Shown: positions 30,638 to 40,900 of the stretch, piece after piece | Layout of the letters: every line of letters begins with the position of its first letter | Position numbering within the stretch: the first letter of the stretch is position 1 | Assembly: GCA_963719515.1 (NCBI GenBank) | Contig: CAVRCJ010000006.1 | Location: forward strand, 384,001 to 448,000 | Source of the DNA: an uncultured cyanobacterium | GTDB taxonomy: Bacteria > Cyanobacteriota > Cyanobacteriia > CAKZMO01 | DNA: 64,000 bases | Direction of reading: 5' to 3' | Made by a program: the position numbers and the translations under genes | Notes under the pieces: generated by a model | What the model saw: only the letters and a program-made list of their open reading frames with translations | Told to the model about the DNA's origin: nothing | The model's database searches: none

Positions 30638-31399
30638 ATGGTAGATTCCCCCTGGCTCGTTGCCATTGCCCTCAATACCGTTCTAGCGGCGATCGCCTGG
30701 ATTGCGCCTAAGAAGCTGCTGACTCCTATGGGGCTGCTGCACGCCTGGGCTCTAGGGGTGCTGGTGTGGGGCACCTTGGGCTGGGCCGCATACGGCGTGA
30801 TTATGGCCTATTTTTTGGTGGGGTCTGGGGTGACGCGGGTGGGAATGGTGCAGAAGGAGGCTGCGGGCATCGCGGAGAAGCGCTCTGGGGCCAGGGGACC
30901 GGAGAACGTCTGGGGTTCGGCGTTTACGGCGACGCTGTGCGCCTTGGGGGTATGGGCGATTGCGCTAGCTCAGCCTGCTGGAGCCAACGCCTGGACGGCG
31001 GCGCTGCTGCTGGGCTATGTGGCTAGCCTGAGCACCAAGCTGTCGGACACCTGCGCCAGCGAGATTGGCAAAGCCTACGGCAAGCGCACGTTTTTGATCA
31101 CTACGCTGCAGCCGGTTTCTGCCGGGACGGAGGGGGCGGTGAGCTTGGAGGGGACGCTGGCGGGCATTGTCGCATCGCTGGTTTTGGCGCTGTTGGGATG
31201 GGCGCTGGGGTTGATTGGCGCTGTGGGAGTAGGGCTCTGTGCGATCGCTGCCTTTGTGGCTACCAATTTGGAGAGCCTAATTGGGGCAACGCTCCAAGAG
31301 CAGGTGGGCTGGTTGACCAATGAGGTGGTGAATGTGATCAATACGCTAATCGGGGCGGCGGTGGCGATGGGACTGTATGGTGTGTGGCTGTGGGTGTGA
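30638..31399 (+). CDS. TIGR00297/DUF92 membrane protein (VTE6-like)
   Basis: RGPENVWGSA, SDTCASEIGK, GTEGAVSLEGT, ESLIGA. Confidence 0.9.
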   Translation: MVDSPWLVAIALNTVLAAIAWIAPKKLLTPMGLLHAWALGVLVWGTLGWAAYGVIMAYFLVGSGVTRVGMVQKEAAGIAEKRSGARGPENVWGSAFTATLCALGVWAIALAQPAGANAWTAALLLGYVASLSTKLSDTCASEIGKAYGKRTFLITTLQPVSAGTEGAVSLEGTLAGIVASLVLALLGWALGLIGAVGVGLCAIAAFVATNLESLIGATLQEQVGWLTNEVVNVINTLIGAAVAMGLYGVWLWV

Positions 31400-31483
31400 T
31401 ATCAGCTGGCTTAGGCAGGCCGCGGCATCGCAAGGCGTAGGGGTGTGGTGTACTGACCGGGTAGGGGGCTGTCCGCATAGCGC

Positions 31484-32371
31484 CTATACGCTGACATAGC
31501 GACGCACATAGCTCTCCAGCGACTCCATCTTCAGATCAAATACCTTCTCCAAGTGAGCCACCTCATCCGCGGAGCAGAAAAACTCATTGCCCAGCAGCGT
31601 CCGCAGCGTTCCTAGAGTTTCCTTCGCCTCAGGATTCACGAAGCCCAGCGCCGTGCGCACTCCGTCTACCACCGACAGCGGCAGGTTGACAACAATGGGC
31701 TCTCGGTTAAATATCTGACCAAAGATGCGGGAAATATCCTGTCGCTGCAGCACATCGGGACCGCCCACCGCGAAAATCTCGTTACGGGCGGCCTCTGTGT
31801 TGGCCGCCGTCGCCGCAATGTGGGCTAGGTCATCAGTGCTGACAATGGAGGTGCGGGCCGTGGGCTCGCCAATGAGCAGATATAGCCCAGTTTGCTTGAA
31901 CCGCTCCGCCGGGGAGACTAAGTTGGAGGCAAACCCGGAAGGCCGCAGAATCGTGTAGGACAGGCCGCTGCGCTGCAGGTACTTCTCCACCTCGCGCTTG
32001 GCCTTGAACACGGGGGAGTCCTCGTAGCCCCGGTCTGCCCCCAGCACTGAGATGAAGGTCATGTGCTGCACTCCTGCCGCCTTTGCACCATCAATGAGGT
32101 CGATATTGGCCCGGTAGTCGATGGCTTGGGGGGTGGCCTGGCTCGCTTCGTTGGTGCCGTGGGCACTGATCACATGCTGGATGCCCTGGAGCGATCGCTC
32201 AATGTCTCGGGGTTCGAGCAGATCGCCAATGAATACATCTGCCCCCCGGCCCTCTAAATCGCCGTAGCGCGAGGAGAGCCGCGTGAATGCCCGCACGGGC
32301 TTCTCTTGCCCGCACAGCCGCTTAACAATGCGGCGACCTAAGTCGCCTGTCGCTCCGGTTACCAAAAACAT
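31484..32371 (-). CDS. atypical SDR / NAD(P)H-binding protein (NmrA/Ycf39-like)
   Basis: LVTGATGDLG, YTILRPSGF. Confidence 0.85.
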   Translation of the reverse strand: MFLVTGATGDLGRRIVKRLCGQEKPVRAFTRLSSRYGDLEGRGADVFIGDLLEPRDIERSLQGIQHVISAHGTNEASQATPQAIDYRANIDLIDGAKAAGVQHMTFISVLGADRGYEDSPVFKAKREVEKYLQRSGLSYTILRPSGFASNLVSPAERFKQTGLYLLIGEPTARTSIVSTDDLAHIAATAANTEAARNEIFAVGGPDVLQRQDISRIFGQIFNREPIVVNLPLSVVDGVRTALGFVNPEAKETLGTLRTLLGNEFFCSADEVAHLEKVFDLKMESLESYVRRYVSV

Positions 32372-32426
32372 AAGCCCTATTCCCTTGTATGTATTGACCC
32401 GCTGTAAGACTCGATTCGCTGTCAGC

Positions 32427-33056
32427 CTAGATCGATTTTATCGCTCGCCCAATAATCTGGGGGCTGACGATGGCGGGGATCGGAGCCCGAAAGCGATCGT
32501 AGGTCACCTGCTCAAACCCAGCGGCCTCAATGACGGGGCCGGTCTCCCGATCTAGGCAGCAGCCATCGGCAATGACGTGCCAGGCTGGCTGCAGCCAGCC
32601 CTGCACCCGCCGCAGTTGGGTTTGGGGCGGGGCGGCAACATGCTCTAGAAAATAAAAGGTGCCCCCCGGCCTCAGAACCCTCAAAATCTCCCGCAAGACG
32701 CCCTCTAGGTTCTCCACTGAGCAGAGCACCAGCGTGCTGACCACCGCGTCAACGCTGCCGTCCTCGACGTCGAGTCGCTCGGCCTGTCCCTGCAGAACTT
32801 GAATCTGCAGGTTGGCCTCTTCCGCCCGTTTCTTTAGGTAAGGCTGCATAAAGGGATTGGGCTCGATGCCCATCCAGCGCACAGATGAAGGATAGTAGCC
32901 AAAGTTTGCGCCTGCGCCGGGGCCAATCTCTAGGATGGTGCCCTGCAGGTCGGCAAACAGGGCTCGCTTGCGATCGCTCACCGAGGCTTCGTAGCCCGCC
33001 GTGCCGTGGGCCATCAGCCAGGCAATCAGGCGCTGATACCAGTTGGGAGGAGACAT
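32427..33056 (-). CDS. class I SAM-dependent methyltransferase
   Basis: LEIGPGAG, DAVVSTLVLCSV, RVLRPGG. Confidence 0.9.
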   Translation of the reverse strand: MSPPNWYQRLIAWLMAHGTAGYEASVSDRKRALFADLQGTILEIGPGAGANFGYYPSSVRWMGIEPNPFMQPYLKKRAEEANLQIQVLQGQAERLDVEDGSVDAVVSTLVLCSVENLEGVLREILRVLRPGGTFYFLEHVAAPPQTQLRRVQGWLQPAWHVIADGCCLDRETGPVIEAAGFEQVTYDRFRAPIPAIVSPQIIGRAIKSI

Positions 33057-33156
33057 AGTTGTGGGTAGGGTGCTGTTACCGAGGTTAACGCACCAAATTC
33101 TATTGCGGTACTTTGGCTATCTAAGTTGGAGCTGTTGATGCGGTGGGTTGCTCAAC

Positions 33157-33954
33157 TTACGGGGAAGAAGATTCGATCTCCACAATTACGGGGGTGTGGT
33201 CGCTGGGCTTTTGCAGCTTGCGCGGCTCGACGTCGATTTTACAGGCCGTGGCCCGCCCGTATAGCGGTGGCGAGAGGTAGTGGTGGTCGATGCGCCAGCC
33301 CCGATTGTTGGGGAAGGCAGCGGTGCGATAGTCCCACCAGCTAAAGTGACCGCCCTCGTCGGTGAACTTACGAAAAGCGTCCGCTAGCCCGAGATCTAGC
33401 AAAGTTCGCAGCGCCTCCCGTTCTGTAGGAGAGGCCATGATGTGGTTGGGCTTCTTGGGAGCATAGATATCTCGGTCCTCTAGGGCAATATTGAAGTCAC
33501 CGCACACCAGCAGCTCGGGCCTATCTGCCAGCAGCGCCTTGAGGTAGTCCTGCAGCAGGGCGAGCCAGCGCAGCTTATAGTCATACTTGTCGCTGCCTAC
33601 TGCTGAGCCGTTGGGCACGTAGAGGTTGACGACCCGGACGCCGTCTAGCACCCCGGTAATCACTCGCTTTTGCACGTCGAGATCGCCAACGTCTGTATCG
33701 GTCAAGACGCCAGCAAACCCGGCGCTCACCTCGCTCAGCGGCTCGCGGCTGACCAGCGCTACGCCGTTGTAGGACTTTTGGCCGCTGATGTAGAGGTGAT
33801 AGCCCAGCGCTTCGAAGGGCGATCGCGGAAAGTCCTCGTCCACTACTTTGGTTTCCTGTAGGCACAAGACGTCTACAGGGTTGTTCTCTAGCCAATCGGT
33901 GACTTGCCCTAAGCGCGAGCGGACGGAGTTGACGTTCCAGGTGGCGATTTGCAT
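33157..33954 (-). CDS. xth: exodeoxyribonuclease III
   Basis: IATWNVNS, LQETK, YNGVA, YVPNG, GDFNIA, WRIDH, SDHTP. Confidence 0.96.
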   Translation of the reverse strand: MQIATWNVNSVRSRLGQVTDWLENNPVDVLCLQETKVVDEDFPRSPFEALGYHLYISGQKSYNGVALVSREPLSEVSAGFAGVLTDTDVGDLDVQKRVITGVLDGVRVVNLYVPNGSAVGSDKYDYKLRWLALLQDYLKALLADRPELLVCGDFNIALEDRDIYAPKKPNHIMASPTEREALRTLLDLGLADAFRKFTDEGGHFSWWDYRTAAFPNNRGWRIDHHYLSPPLYGRATACKIDVEPRKLQKPSDHTPVIVEIESSSP

Positions 33955-34071
33955 GGACAGGACTCTACGGATTTTGGCCTATGGGTTGTGGAGTATAGCA
34001 CGACGGCCCAGCCCGACGCGATCGCCAGCCCCTGTACCGGCAGCTCAAACGAGTCGCTTTTGGTCCATATA

Positions 34072-34101
34072 GCAAATGTCCTGATGCATTAGGACATTTG
34101 C
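34072..34101. other. near-perfect 30-bp palindrome
   Basis: GCAAATGTCCTGATG|CATTAGGACATTTGC, one mismatch. Confidence 0.8.
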
Positions 34102-34109
34102 GCGGTCAG

Positions 34110-34173
34110 TTGCCTACACAACGTTAGGCTTTCAGCCGATTCTGGTGTCCCAAGCAACTAAACCAATGCAATA
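34110..34173. repeat. dispersed ~63-bp repeat, copy 2
   Basis: First 37 bp identical to 10112-10148. Confidence 0.9.
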
Positions 34174-34243
34174 AAGTTCTCGCTTCACGGGCGCTGCCGC
34201 ACTACAGGCTCGCAGCATCTATATCGCTTGAATTTGGAGCCAG

Positions 34244-34726
34244 TTACACCGTTGTTGGGGGTGGATAAGGCTTCGCAAAGGTAAAGCAGTCTGGCGAGCC
34301 GCCATTACGCTCAAGCGCCTCCAGCTTCGCTTTCCCTTGCTCAATCGTGGGCAGACACCCCACAGGAAACCACCACATCCCAAAGTGCTCGCCCTGATAA
34401 GGTTCAAACCACTGACGGCGACGGACAAAGAACTCACCATGTAGGCTCCGATAGACGTAAACCTTGAGCTGTTCTACAGTACGCCAGACTGACAGATTAA
34501 CCAGCATTCTCGGATCTGAGTAGGCCCGAATATCCGTTGCATCGCCAGATGATGTTTGCAGCCGCCAAACAAAACCAGGACTTTGCTCTGCTACAGCATT
34601 GACCTCGGCTAAAGCAGCAGCAAATTCAGCCATTATGGGATCCTCTAAAGGCGCTCTCATCAAGGCAACGTTGATTTGAGCCAGGTAATAGTCTTGATCC
34701 TGGGAAATCAATTTTTCCGCAACCAT
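34244..34726 (-). CDS. DUF3291 family protein
   Basis: LAQINVA, PGFVWRL, NLSVW, RRRQWF. Confidence 0.85.
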   Translation of the reverse strand: MVAEKLISQDQDYYLAQINVALMRAPLEDPIMAEFAAALAEVNAVAEQSPGFVWRLQTSSGDATDIRAYSDPRMLVNLSVWRTVEQLKVYVYRSLHGEFFVRRRQWFEPYQGEHFGMWWFPVGCLPTIEQGKAKLEALERNGGSPDCFTFAKPYPPPTTV

Positions 34727-34846
34727 GCTCGTTACCCTGTCCTACAAAATTATCTGAAGTATCTAGAACTCCGGGCTATGTTGTCTTGGACGATGTTGAC
34801 CAAAACGCTGTGCTTTGACGGCTCCAGTTACTCATAACCTACACTT

Positions 34847-35566
34847 TCAGCTTCGAGCTCTACGCTCAAGCGCGGAAAGACTCGGCGGCATTGAAAGGGA
34901 TACCGTCTTGTCTGCAGGCTCACCGTCTGGGGGTGTGGCTCGCGCAGCAGCTAGACTGCGAATCAGCAGCGGCACCGTCGCCCCCCCAATCAATAACGCC
35001 ACCCCCAGGCCAATCAGCCCGTCCACCCAATACCAACCCGTCTGCCAGACGATCAGCGCCGCCAGCAGCACCCCCAGGGAACTCGTTACATCCGCCAGCA
35101 TGTGCAAAAAGGCTCCTCTGACGTTGAGGTCATCGTGGCTATGCTGGTGCAGCATCGTCGCACTGATACCGTTGACCACAACGCCCCCCAGAGCCGCCGC
35201 CAGCATCGGGCCGCTGAGAATCTCCTCAGGAGTGCCGGTCAAATGCTCAACCGACTCCCAGGCCAGCCAGCCCGCAAGACCCAGCAGCAGAGCGCTGTTG
35301 AGAGCCGCTGCTAGGGGCTCCGCCCGATGCGACTTCAGCCAGACCGTTGTCCAAGCTGCGCTTAAGGCGATGCCGATCGCGATCGCATCTGAGAGCATGT
35401 GACCCGCCTCCACGCGCAGGGCGATACTGTGGCTGTAGAGCCCTACCCCAAACTCAGCGAGGGCGAAGGTCAGCAGCAGCAGCAGCGCCGCAATCAGGGC
35501 GCGGCGTTTGGGAGCACAGTTGCACAGAGAGGAAATGCTGCGGGAGAGGTCAAGGGCTAGAGCCAT
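34847..35566 (-). CDS. cation diffusion facilitator (CzcD/ZitB-like), short form without the usual C-terminal domain
   Basis: HMLSD and HMLAD metal-site motifs, HQHSHD His loop, LNVRGA, about 6 TMs. Confidence 0.85.
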   Translation of the reverse strand: MALALDLSRSISSLCNCAPKRRALIAALLLLLTFALAEFGVGLYSHSIALRVEAGHMLSDAIAIGIALSAAWTTVWLKSHRAEPLAAALNSALLLGLAGWLAWESVEHLTGTPEEILSGPMLAAALGGVVVNGISATMLHQHSHDDLNVRGAFLHMLADVTSSLGVLLAALIVWQTGWYWVDGLIGLGVALLIGGATVPLLIRSLAAARATPPDGEPADKTVSLSMPPSLSALERRARS

Positions 35567-35752
35567 CTGCAGGTCAGAGCGTGGGGTGTAAAGATAACGA
35601 AATCCTAAATTCCGTAACGAAGCTTATCATAGCGCTGCCATGGCCCGGTAGCTTGTGGAACAGTGGGGTCAGGAATTGCTTCATTGCAATGAGTGCCTGT
35701 CCGGTTGCCGACCGGACTTTTTTATGGGCGATTTTTCTTGCGCAGACAGACG

Positions 35753-37057
35753 TTAAGGTCCAGTGTTCAAAGCCTGAATCTGCTCATTAAAATAGTCGGT
35801 CTGATAGCTGAGCTGCTGCGCCAACTCCAGCCCTTTGCGAAACGACGCGATCGCCTGCTCATTTTGCCCTTGACGGCGGTGGATTTGCCCCATTTGGTCA
35901 AAGGCCTCCATCATGCCGTAGGTATTGTAGGCCTGCCGCTCGATGTCTACCAGCAGTCGGTAGACCGTCAGGGCATCTTGAGGCCGCTCGACAGAGACGT
36001 AGAGATCCGCTAGACCGCGAGCAGCCTCCGCCGCGTAGCCCAAATAGCCCACCCGCTGCGCCGCCGCGATCGCCTCCTGGTAGCTGCGTACCGCCCCATT
36101 GAGACGCCCTAGCCGTTGATAGTCTGACGCGATCGCAATTTTTAAGGGCGGCACCTGGGCAAGCTCTCCTAGCTGACGGTAGCGCTGCACCAGCCGCTGT
36201 CGGGTGGCCACAGCATCACCAAATCTGTCTGTCTCGTCATAGACGATGGCTAGCTTCTCTAGCGCCTGCTGCTCGCCAGCGGCGTCCTGCTGAGTCTGAC
36301 GCACCGCCAGCAAATTCTCGTAGACCGGGACAGCCTGCTCATAGTTAAACCAGACCAAATGCACCTCCCCTAACGCCTCTAGGGCTGCCGCCTCGGTGGC
36401 CACATCCTCTCGCTGCCGCGCCTGCTGAATAATCGTCATGTAGGCAGCGATCGCCTGGTCGCGAGACCTGAGCGCTTTATAGGCATCAGCCACCTGCAAG
36501 AGTAGACCATAGTCCGGAGAAGGCTGGGCGCGGATTTCCTCCTCAATCTCCTCTAGGCGATCGCTGATGGCGCGAATCTCCAGGGTCTGGTTTTCCTCCC
36601 AGGCCACCCCACCCACGCGGCTCAGGGCGGCAACCTCGTCTTTAGGGCCCAACACCCGCCGCAGCCGCAGCTCTCGCAGCCAAATCTCAAATGCTTTTGG
36701 GGTATCGCCCGCATCGTACTGCCGCTGTCCCTGACGCCGCAGCTGCTCTAGCGAAACCCGTAGCGCCTGCTGCTCCTGCAAACTCAAAGGGCGCTCGACA
36801 ATTAAGTTGGGCAGCAGGGGGTCAGAGAGATCCGGCGCTAGGGGATTGTCGAGCGCGGATGGGGTTGAGGTGGGTGGTGACGAGTCGGAGGATTGCGCTT
36901 GGGCAGCCTCCCCCCACCCCACAACAAGGCCGACGGGTAGGCTACTCGTTAGCCCCCAAGCGGCTAGGGCTAGGGCGGCGCGACTCGCACCAGCGTGGCC
37001 GATCCGCTGATGCCAAGCGCGTCGTGTCGAAACGGGGCGAATACTGGTGTTAGACAT
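35753..37057 (-). CDS. exported TPR protein
   Basis: Signal-like segment ending AAQA, several TPR-like helices. Start placed at MSNTSI (37057) because the track start overlaps purD. Confidence 0.8.
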   Translation of the reverse strand: MSNTSIRPVSTRRAWHQRIGHAGASRAALALAAWGLTSSLPVGLVVGWGEAAQAQSSDSSPPTSTPSALDNPLAPDLSDPLLPNLIVERPLSLQEQQALRVSLEQLRRQGQRQYDAGDTPKAFEIWLRELRLRRVLGPKDEVAALSRVGGVAWEENQTLEIRAISDRLEEIEEEIRAQPSPDYGLLLQVADAYKALRSRDQAIAAYMTIIQQARQREDVATEAAALEALGEVHLVWFNYEQAVPVYENLLAVRQTQQDAAGEQQALEKLAIVYDETDRFGDAVATRQRLVQRYRQLGELAQVPPLKIAIASDYQRLGRLNGAVRSYQEAIAAAQRVGYLGYAAEAARGLADLYVSVERPQDALTVYRLLVDIERQAYNTYGMMEAFDQMGQIHRRQGQNEQAIASFRKGLELAQQLSYQTDYFNEQIQALNTGP

Positions 37058-37161
37058 GAGTTGCGGCGGGAGAGTTGGATCGGCAGGATGAATAGGGTGA
37101 GGCGGACAGTCTATACCCGCCATAATAGCTGCCGGGGTCGGGGTGGGCATGAGGGCTCTGT

Positions 37162-37252
37162 GCCAGAGATTGAGGCCAGAGATTGGGGCCAGAGATTGGG
37201 GCCGAACGTTAGGGCTAGAGGTTGGGGCCAAACATTGCGCACAGACATTGGG
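37162..37252. repeat. 13-bp tandem repeat x7
   Basis: GCCAGAGATTGAG, GCCAGAGATTGGG x2, GCCGAACGTTAGG, GCTAGAGGTTGGG, GCCAAACATTGCG, CACAGACATTGGG. Confidence 0.85.
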
Positions 37253-37353
37253 CGACGCGCGGCTGAGGCGCAAACTATGGCACTCTGTTTGAAGCATGGG
37301 TCTTGAAGCATCGAATATTTGAAGCATCAACCGCGTTAGAGGAGCTGAATCAG

Positions 37354-38628
37354 GTGAATATCTTAGTCGTAGGCAATGGAGGCCGAGAGCATGCGATCGC
37401 CTGGACATTAGCTCAATCGAACGCCGTTAAGACAATTTATTGCCTGCCCGGAAACGGCGGCACCGGCAGTATGCCCAAGTGCCAAAACCTTCCGTTTGAG
37501 GCAACCAACTTTGCCGCCATCACTCAAGTTGTTCAAGCTAGCGCGGTTGATCTAGTTGTGATTGGCCCAGAAGCCCCCCTCGCTGCAGGCCTCACCGACC
37601 ATCTGCAGGCTGGGGGAACTACTGTCTTCGGTCCCACCCGCTCCGGCGCGCAAATCGAGTCTAGCAAGGCCTGGGCTAAGGCCCTGATGACAGAGGCCCA
37701 AATTCCCACCGCCGCCTCGCAAACGTTTATAGACTCAGAGGCGGCGATCGCCTACATTCGCGCCCAGGGTGCCCCCATCGTCATCAAGGCAGACGGGCTA
37801 GCGGCAGGTAAAGGGGTAACGGTAGCCCAGACCCTAGAGGAAGCGGTAGAGGCCGTGCGAGACTCCTTCGGCGGGCGGTTTGGGGAGGCGGGCCAGCAGG
37901 TAGTCGTAGAGGAATACCTCCAGGGACAGGAGGCCTCAATTTTAGCGGTCACCGACGGCAAAACCATCCGTCCCCTCGTGCCTTCCCAAGACCACAAGCC
38001 GGTGGGCGAGGGCGATACCGGACCCAACACTGGCGGTATGGGAGCCTACGCACCGACGCCCGTGGTGTCTGAGGCGCAGCTGCAGCAGATTCAGCGCCAA
38101 ATTCTAGACCCGGCGATCGCTACCCTGCAGCAGCGCGGCATCGACTACCGGGGGGTGCTCTACGCCGGGCTCATGATGATGCCCGATGGAGAGCCCAAGG
38201 TGATCGAATTCAACTGCCGCTTCGGTGACCCAGAAACTCAAGTCGTCTTGCCCTTGCTCGATATGCCCCTAGAAGAAATTTTGCTGGCCTGCGCCCTGCA
38301 GCGGCTAGGCCAGCTTCCCCCCTTCGCCTGGAAGCCCCTCGCCTCGGCCTGCATCGTGTTGGCCTCCGGCGGGTATCCGGGCCATTACGAGACGGGCTAT
38401 CCCATTCAGGGACTAGAGCAGGCCGCTGAAGCCGGGGGACTAGTCTTTCATGCCGGCACACAGCAGCAAGATGACCAAATCGTCACGGCGGGGGGGAGGG
38501 TGTTAGGGGTGACGGCCTTGGGCAAAACCTTTGACGAGGCGATCGCCCAGGCCTACCGCGCTGTCGATGAGATTCACTTCACGGGGCAATACTGCCGCCG
38601 CGACATCGGGTACCGGGTGCGTCAATAG
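37354..38628 (+). CDS. purD: phosphoribosylamine-glycine ligase
   Basis: GNGGREHA, IGPEAPL, KADGLAAGKGV, GPNTGGMGA, EFNCRFGDPE. GTG start after GAGGAG. Confidence 0.97.
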   Translation: MNILVVGNGGREHAIAWTLAQSNAVKTIYCLPGNGGTGSMPKCQNLPFEATNFAAITQVVQASAVDLVVIGPEAPLAAGLTDHLQAGGTTVFGPTRSGAQIESSKAWAKALMTEAQIPTAASQTFIDSEAAIAYIRAQGAPIVIKADGLAAGKGVTVAQTLEEAVEAVRDSFGGRFGEAGQQVVVEEYLQGQEASILAVTDGKTIRPLVPSQDHKPVGEGDTGPNTGGMGAYAPTPVVSEAQLQQIQRQILDPAIATLQQRGIDYRGVLYAGLMMMPDGEPKVIEFNCRFGDPETQVVLPLLDMPLEEILLACALQRLGQLPPFAWKPLASACIVLASGGYPGHYETGYPIQGLEQAAEAGGLVFHAGTQQQDDQIVTAGGRVLGVTALGKTFDEAIAQAYRAVDEIHFTGQYCRRDIGYRVRQ

Positions 38629-38646
38629 CTCTGTCCTTCGACGCCA

Positions 38647-40872
38647 TTGATGACGCCATCACCTGTCAGCCGTACTGCGAAAACATCTAGCGTCAGCAAT
38701 TCGTGTCAAACTAATAGGCAGGACGCTACGTCTCAGTCTATTCACTCAGACGCTTCAGCTGTTGTTTCAGCCCCCAGGAAGATCTTGATATCGCTGCTTA
38801 ACAAACTTCGAGATGGCCTGGCCCACTGGTGGTCTGAGTTTACGCTGCAGACTCGCCTGATGGCGGCAGCGACGCTGGTGGTATCGCTGCTGATGAGCAG
38901 CCTAACGTTCTGGGCCGTCAACACCATTCAAGAAGATGCTCGCCTCCACGACACGCGATTTGGGCGAGACTTAGGGCTGCTGATGGCGGCGGATGTCTCC
39001 CCTATGGTGGCCGGCCAAAACCGCTCTGAGCTAGCACGATTTTCCTATCAGTTTTACCAAAGCTCCTCCAGCATTCGCTACGTCATCTATGCCGACGGCG
39101 GCGGCGATATCTTCTTCGGAATTCCCTTCTCAGAGCTGGAGGTGCAGAACTCCCTCACGATTCAGCGGCGCATCCAGCTGCCCGAAGGATTTGAGTCAGC
39201 TCAAGAGCCCTTGGTCCGGCAGCACCAAACTCCCGACGGCGAGGTGACCGACGTCTTCGTCCCGCTGATTTCCGGCGGACGGTACTTGGGCGTTATGGCC
39301 CTTGGCATCAACCCTAATCCTACGGTGGTGGCTTCATCGCACCTGACCCGTGACGTGACGGTCGCCGTCTTTGTCTCAATTTGGGTAATGGTTATTTTGG
39401 GGGCCGTGTTTAATGCCCTAACCATCACCCGGCCTATAAAAGAGCTGCTGGTGGGGGTGAAAAATATCGCTGCCAAAAACTTCAAGCAGCGCATCAACCT
39501 GCCGCTGGGGGGAGAGCTGGGGGAGCTGATCGTCAACTTCAACGAGATGGCCGAGCGTCTAGAGCGCTACGAAGAGCAGAACATTGAAGAGCTAACGGCA
39601 GAAAAAGCCAAGCTTGAGACGCTGGTGTCGACCATTGCCGACGGGGCCATCTTGCTAGATGCCAACCTGAACGTGATCCTGGCTAACCCAACCGCGAAGC
39701 GAATTTTGGGGTGGGAAGGACTCAACGTTGCAGGGTCCCACATCCTGCATAATCTGCCGGAAACCATCAAAGCAGAGCTAATCCGCCCTCTACATCGCAT
39801 TACCACAGCGCTTCCCCCGGAGGACCACGGCCAGGGATACGGCGGGGAGCACAGCGAAGGTCGCAGCGAGGCGATGGAATTCCGCCTGACTCTCTTTGAT
39901 ACCGCTGGTCGCACGGTGCGCATCTTGCTGACGCGGGTGCTGGATCAGGCGAGAGAACACCTGCGGGGCATCGCCATCACGGTGCAGGATATCACCCGCG
40001 AGGTGGAGCTCAACGAGGCCAAAAGCCAGTTCATCAGCAACGTTTCCCACGAGCTGAGAACGCCGCTGTTCAACATCAAGTCGTTTATCGAAACGCTGCA
40101 CGACTACGGTGAGGACTTAAGCGAAGCCGAGCGGCTGGAGTTTTTGGATACGGCCAACCGCGAAACCGATCGCCTCACACGCTTGGTCAACGACGTTTTA
40201 GATCTCTCGCGCCTAGAGTCTAACCGCCTCTATCGCTTTGAAGCTGTCGAACTGCTCCAGCCCATCGAGCAGACGCTGCGCACGTATCAGCTCACGGCTA
40301 AAGACAAGCAAATTCAGCTGCTTCAAGACGTTGACCCCCACCTACCCGCCGTATTGGGCAACTATGATTTGCTTCTGCAGGTGCTGACCAACTTGGTGGG
40401 CAACGCCCTCAAGTTCACCAATGCCGGCGGAAGTATCGCTATTCGTGCCCATGCCCTAGCGCCTGACCGCGTTTCCTCAACCTATCCCTGCGTCCGAGTT
40501 GAAGTGGCCGATACCGGCATTGGCATTGACCCTGAGGACCAAGCCGCTATTTTCGATCGCTTTTTCCGAGTTGAAAACCGCGTCCATACCTTGGAAGGAA
40601 CGGGACTGGGGCTCTCTATTGTCCGCAACATTGTGGGGAAGCACCACGGAACCGTAAACCTCATTAGTGAGCCTAGCGTAGGCACCACATTCTGGTTCGA
40701 TCTGGCCGTTTTCCAGGCCGAGGCTCCCTCTTTTGAGGCGCTCATTAACGCTGGTCCGTTTACGGCCCGGTCCAACGCCTTGCCCGCAGCCTCGCCCACA
40801 GACGCCTCGCCCACAGACTCTCTCTCTGAGGCTACAGAACTGACCCCCAGCGCCACCGCCGTCGAAGCGTAG
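38647..40872 (+). CDS. nblS: sensor histidine kinase NblS/Hik33/DspA
   Basis: WWSEFTLQTRLMAAATLVVSL, two TMs, HAMP, PAS, SHELRTP, FDRFFRVENRVHTLEGTGLGL. Confidence 0.95.
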   Translation: MMTPSPVSRTAKTSSVSNSCQTNRQDATSQSIHSDASAVVSAPRKILISLLNKLRDGLAHWWSEFTLQTRLMAAATLVVSLLMSSLTFWAVNTIQEDARLHDTRFGRDLGLLMAADVSPMVAGQNRSELARFSYQFYQSSSSIRYVIYADGGGDIFFGIPFSELEVQNSLTIQRRIQLPEGFESAQEPLVRQHQTPDGEVTDVFVPLISGGRYLGVMALGINPNPTVVASSHLTRDVTVAVFVSIWVMVILGAVFNALTITRPIKELLVGVKNIAAKNFKQRINLPLGGELGELIVNFNEMAERLERYEEQNIEELTAEKAKLETLVSTIADGAILLDANLNVILANPTAKRILGWEGLNVAGSHILHNLPETIKAELIRPLHRITTALPPEDHGQGYGGEHSEGRSEAMEFRLTLFDTAGRTVRILLTRVLDQAREHLRGIAITVQDITREVELNEAKSQFISNVSHELRTPLFNIKSFIETLHDYGEDLSEAERLEFLDTANRETDRLTRLVNDVLDLSRLESNRLYRFEAVELLQPIEQTLRTYQLTAKDKQIQLLQDVDPHLPAVLGNYDLLLQVLTNLVGNALKFTNAGGSIAIRAHALAPDRVSSTYPCVRVEVADTGIGIDPEDQAAIFDRFFRVENRVHTLEGTGLGLSIVRNIVGKHHGTVNLISEPSVGTTFWFDLAVFQAEAPSFEALINAGPFTARSNALPAASPTDASPTDSLSEATELTPSATAVEA

Positions 40873-40900
40873 TGACGGCCCGCGCCGCCGGCTTCCAGGA

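Noticed and set aside
37162..37252. Possible CRISPR array (also 16737-16799 and 7067-7115)
   Set aside because: Units are short and contiguous with no unique spacers; no cas genes in the window.
37058..37408. Long N-terminal extension of the TPR ORF given in the track
   Set aside because: Overlaps purD on the opposite strand and simply reads through the 13-bp repeat.
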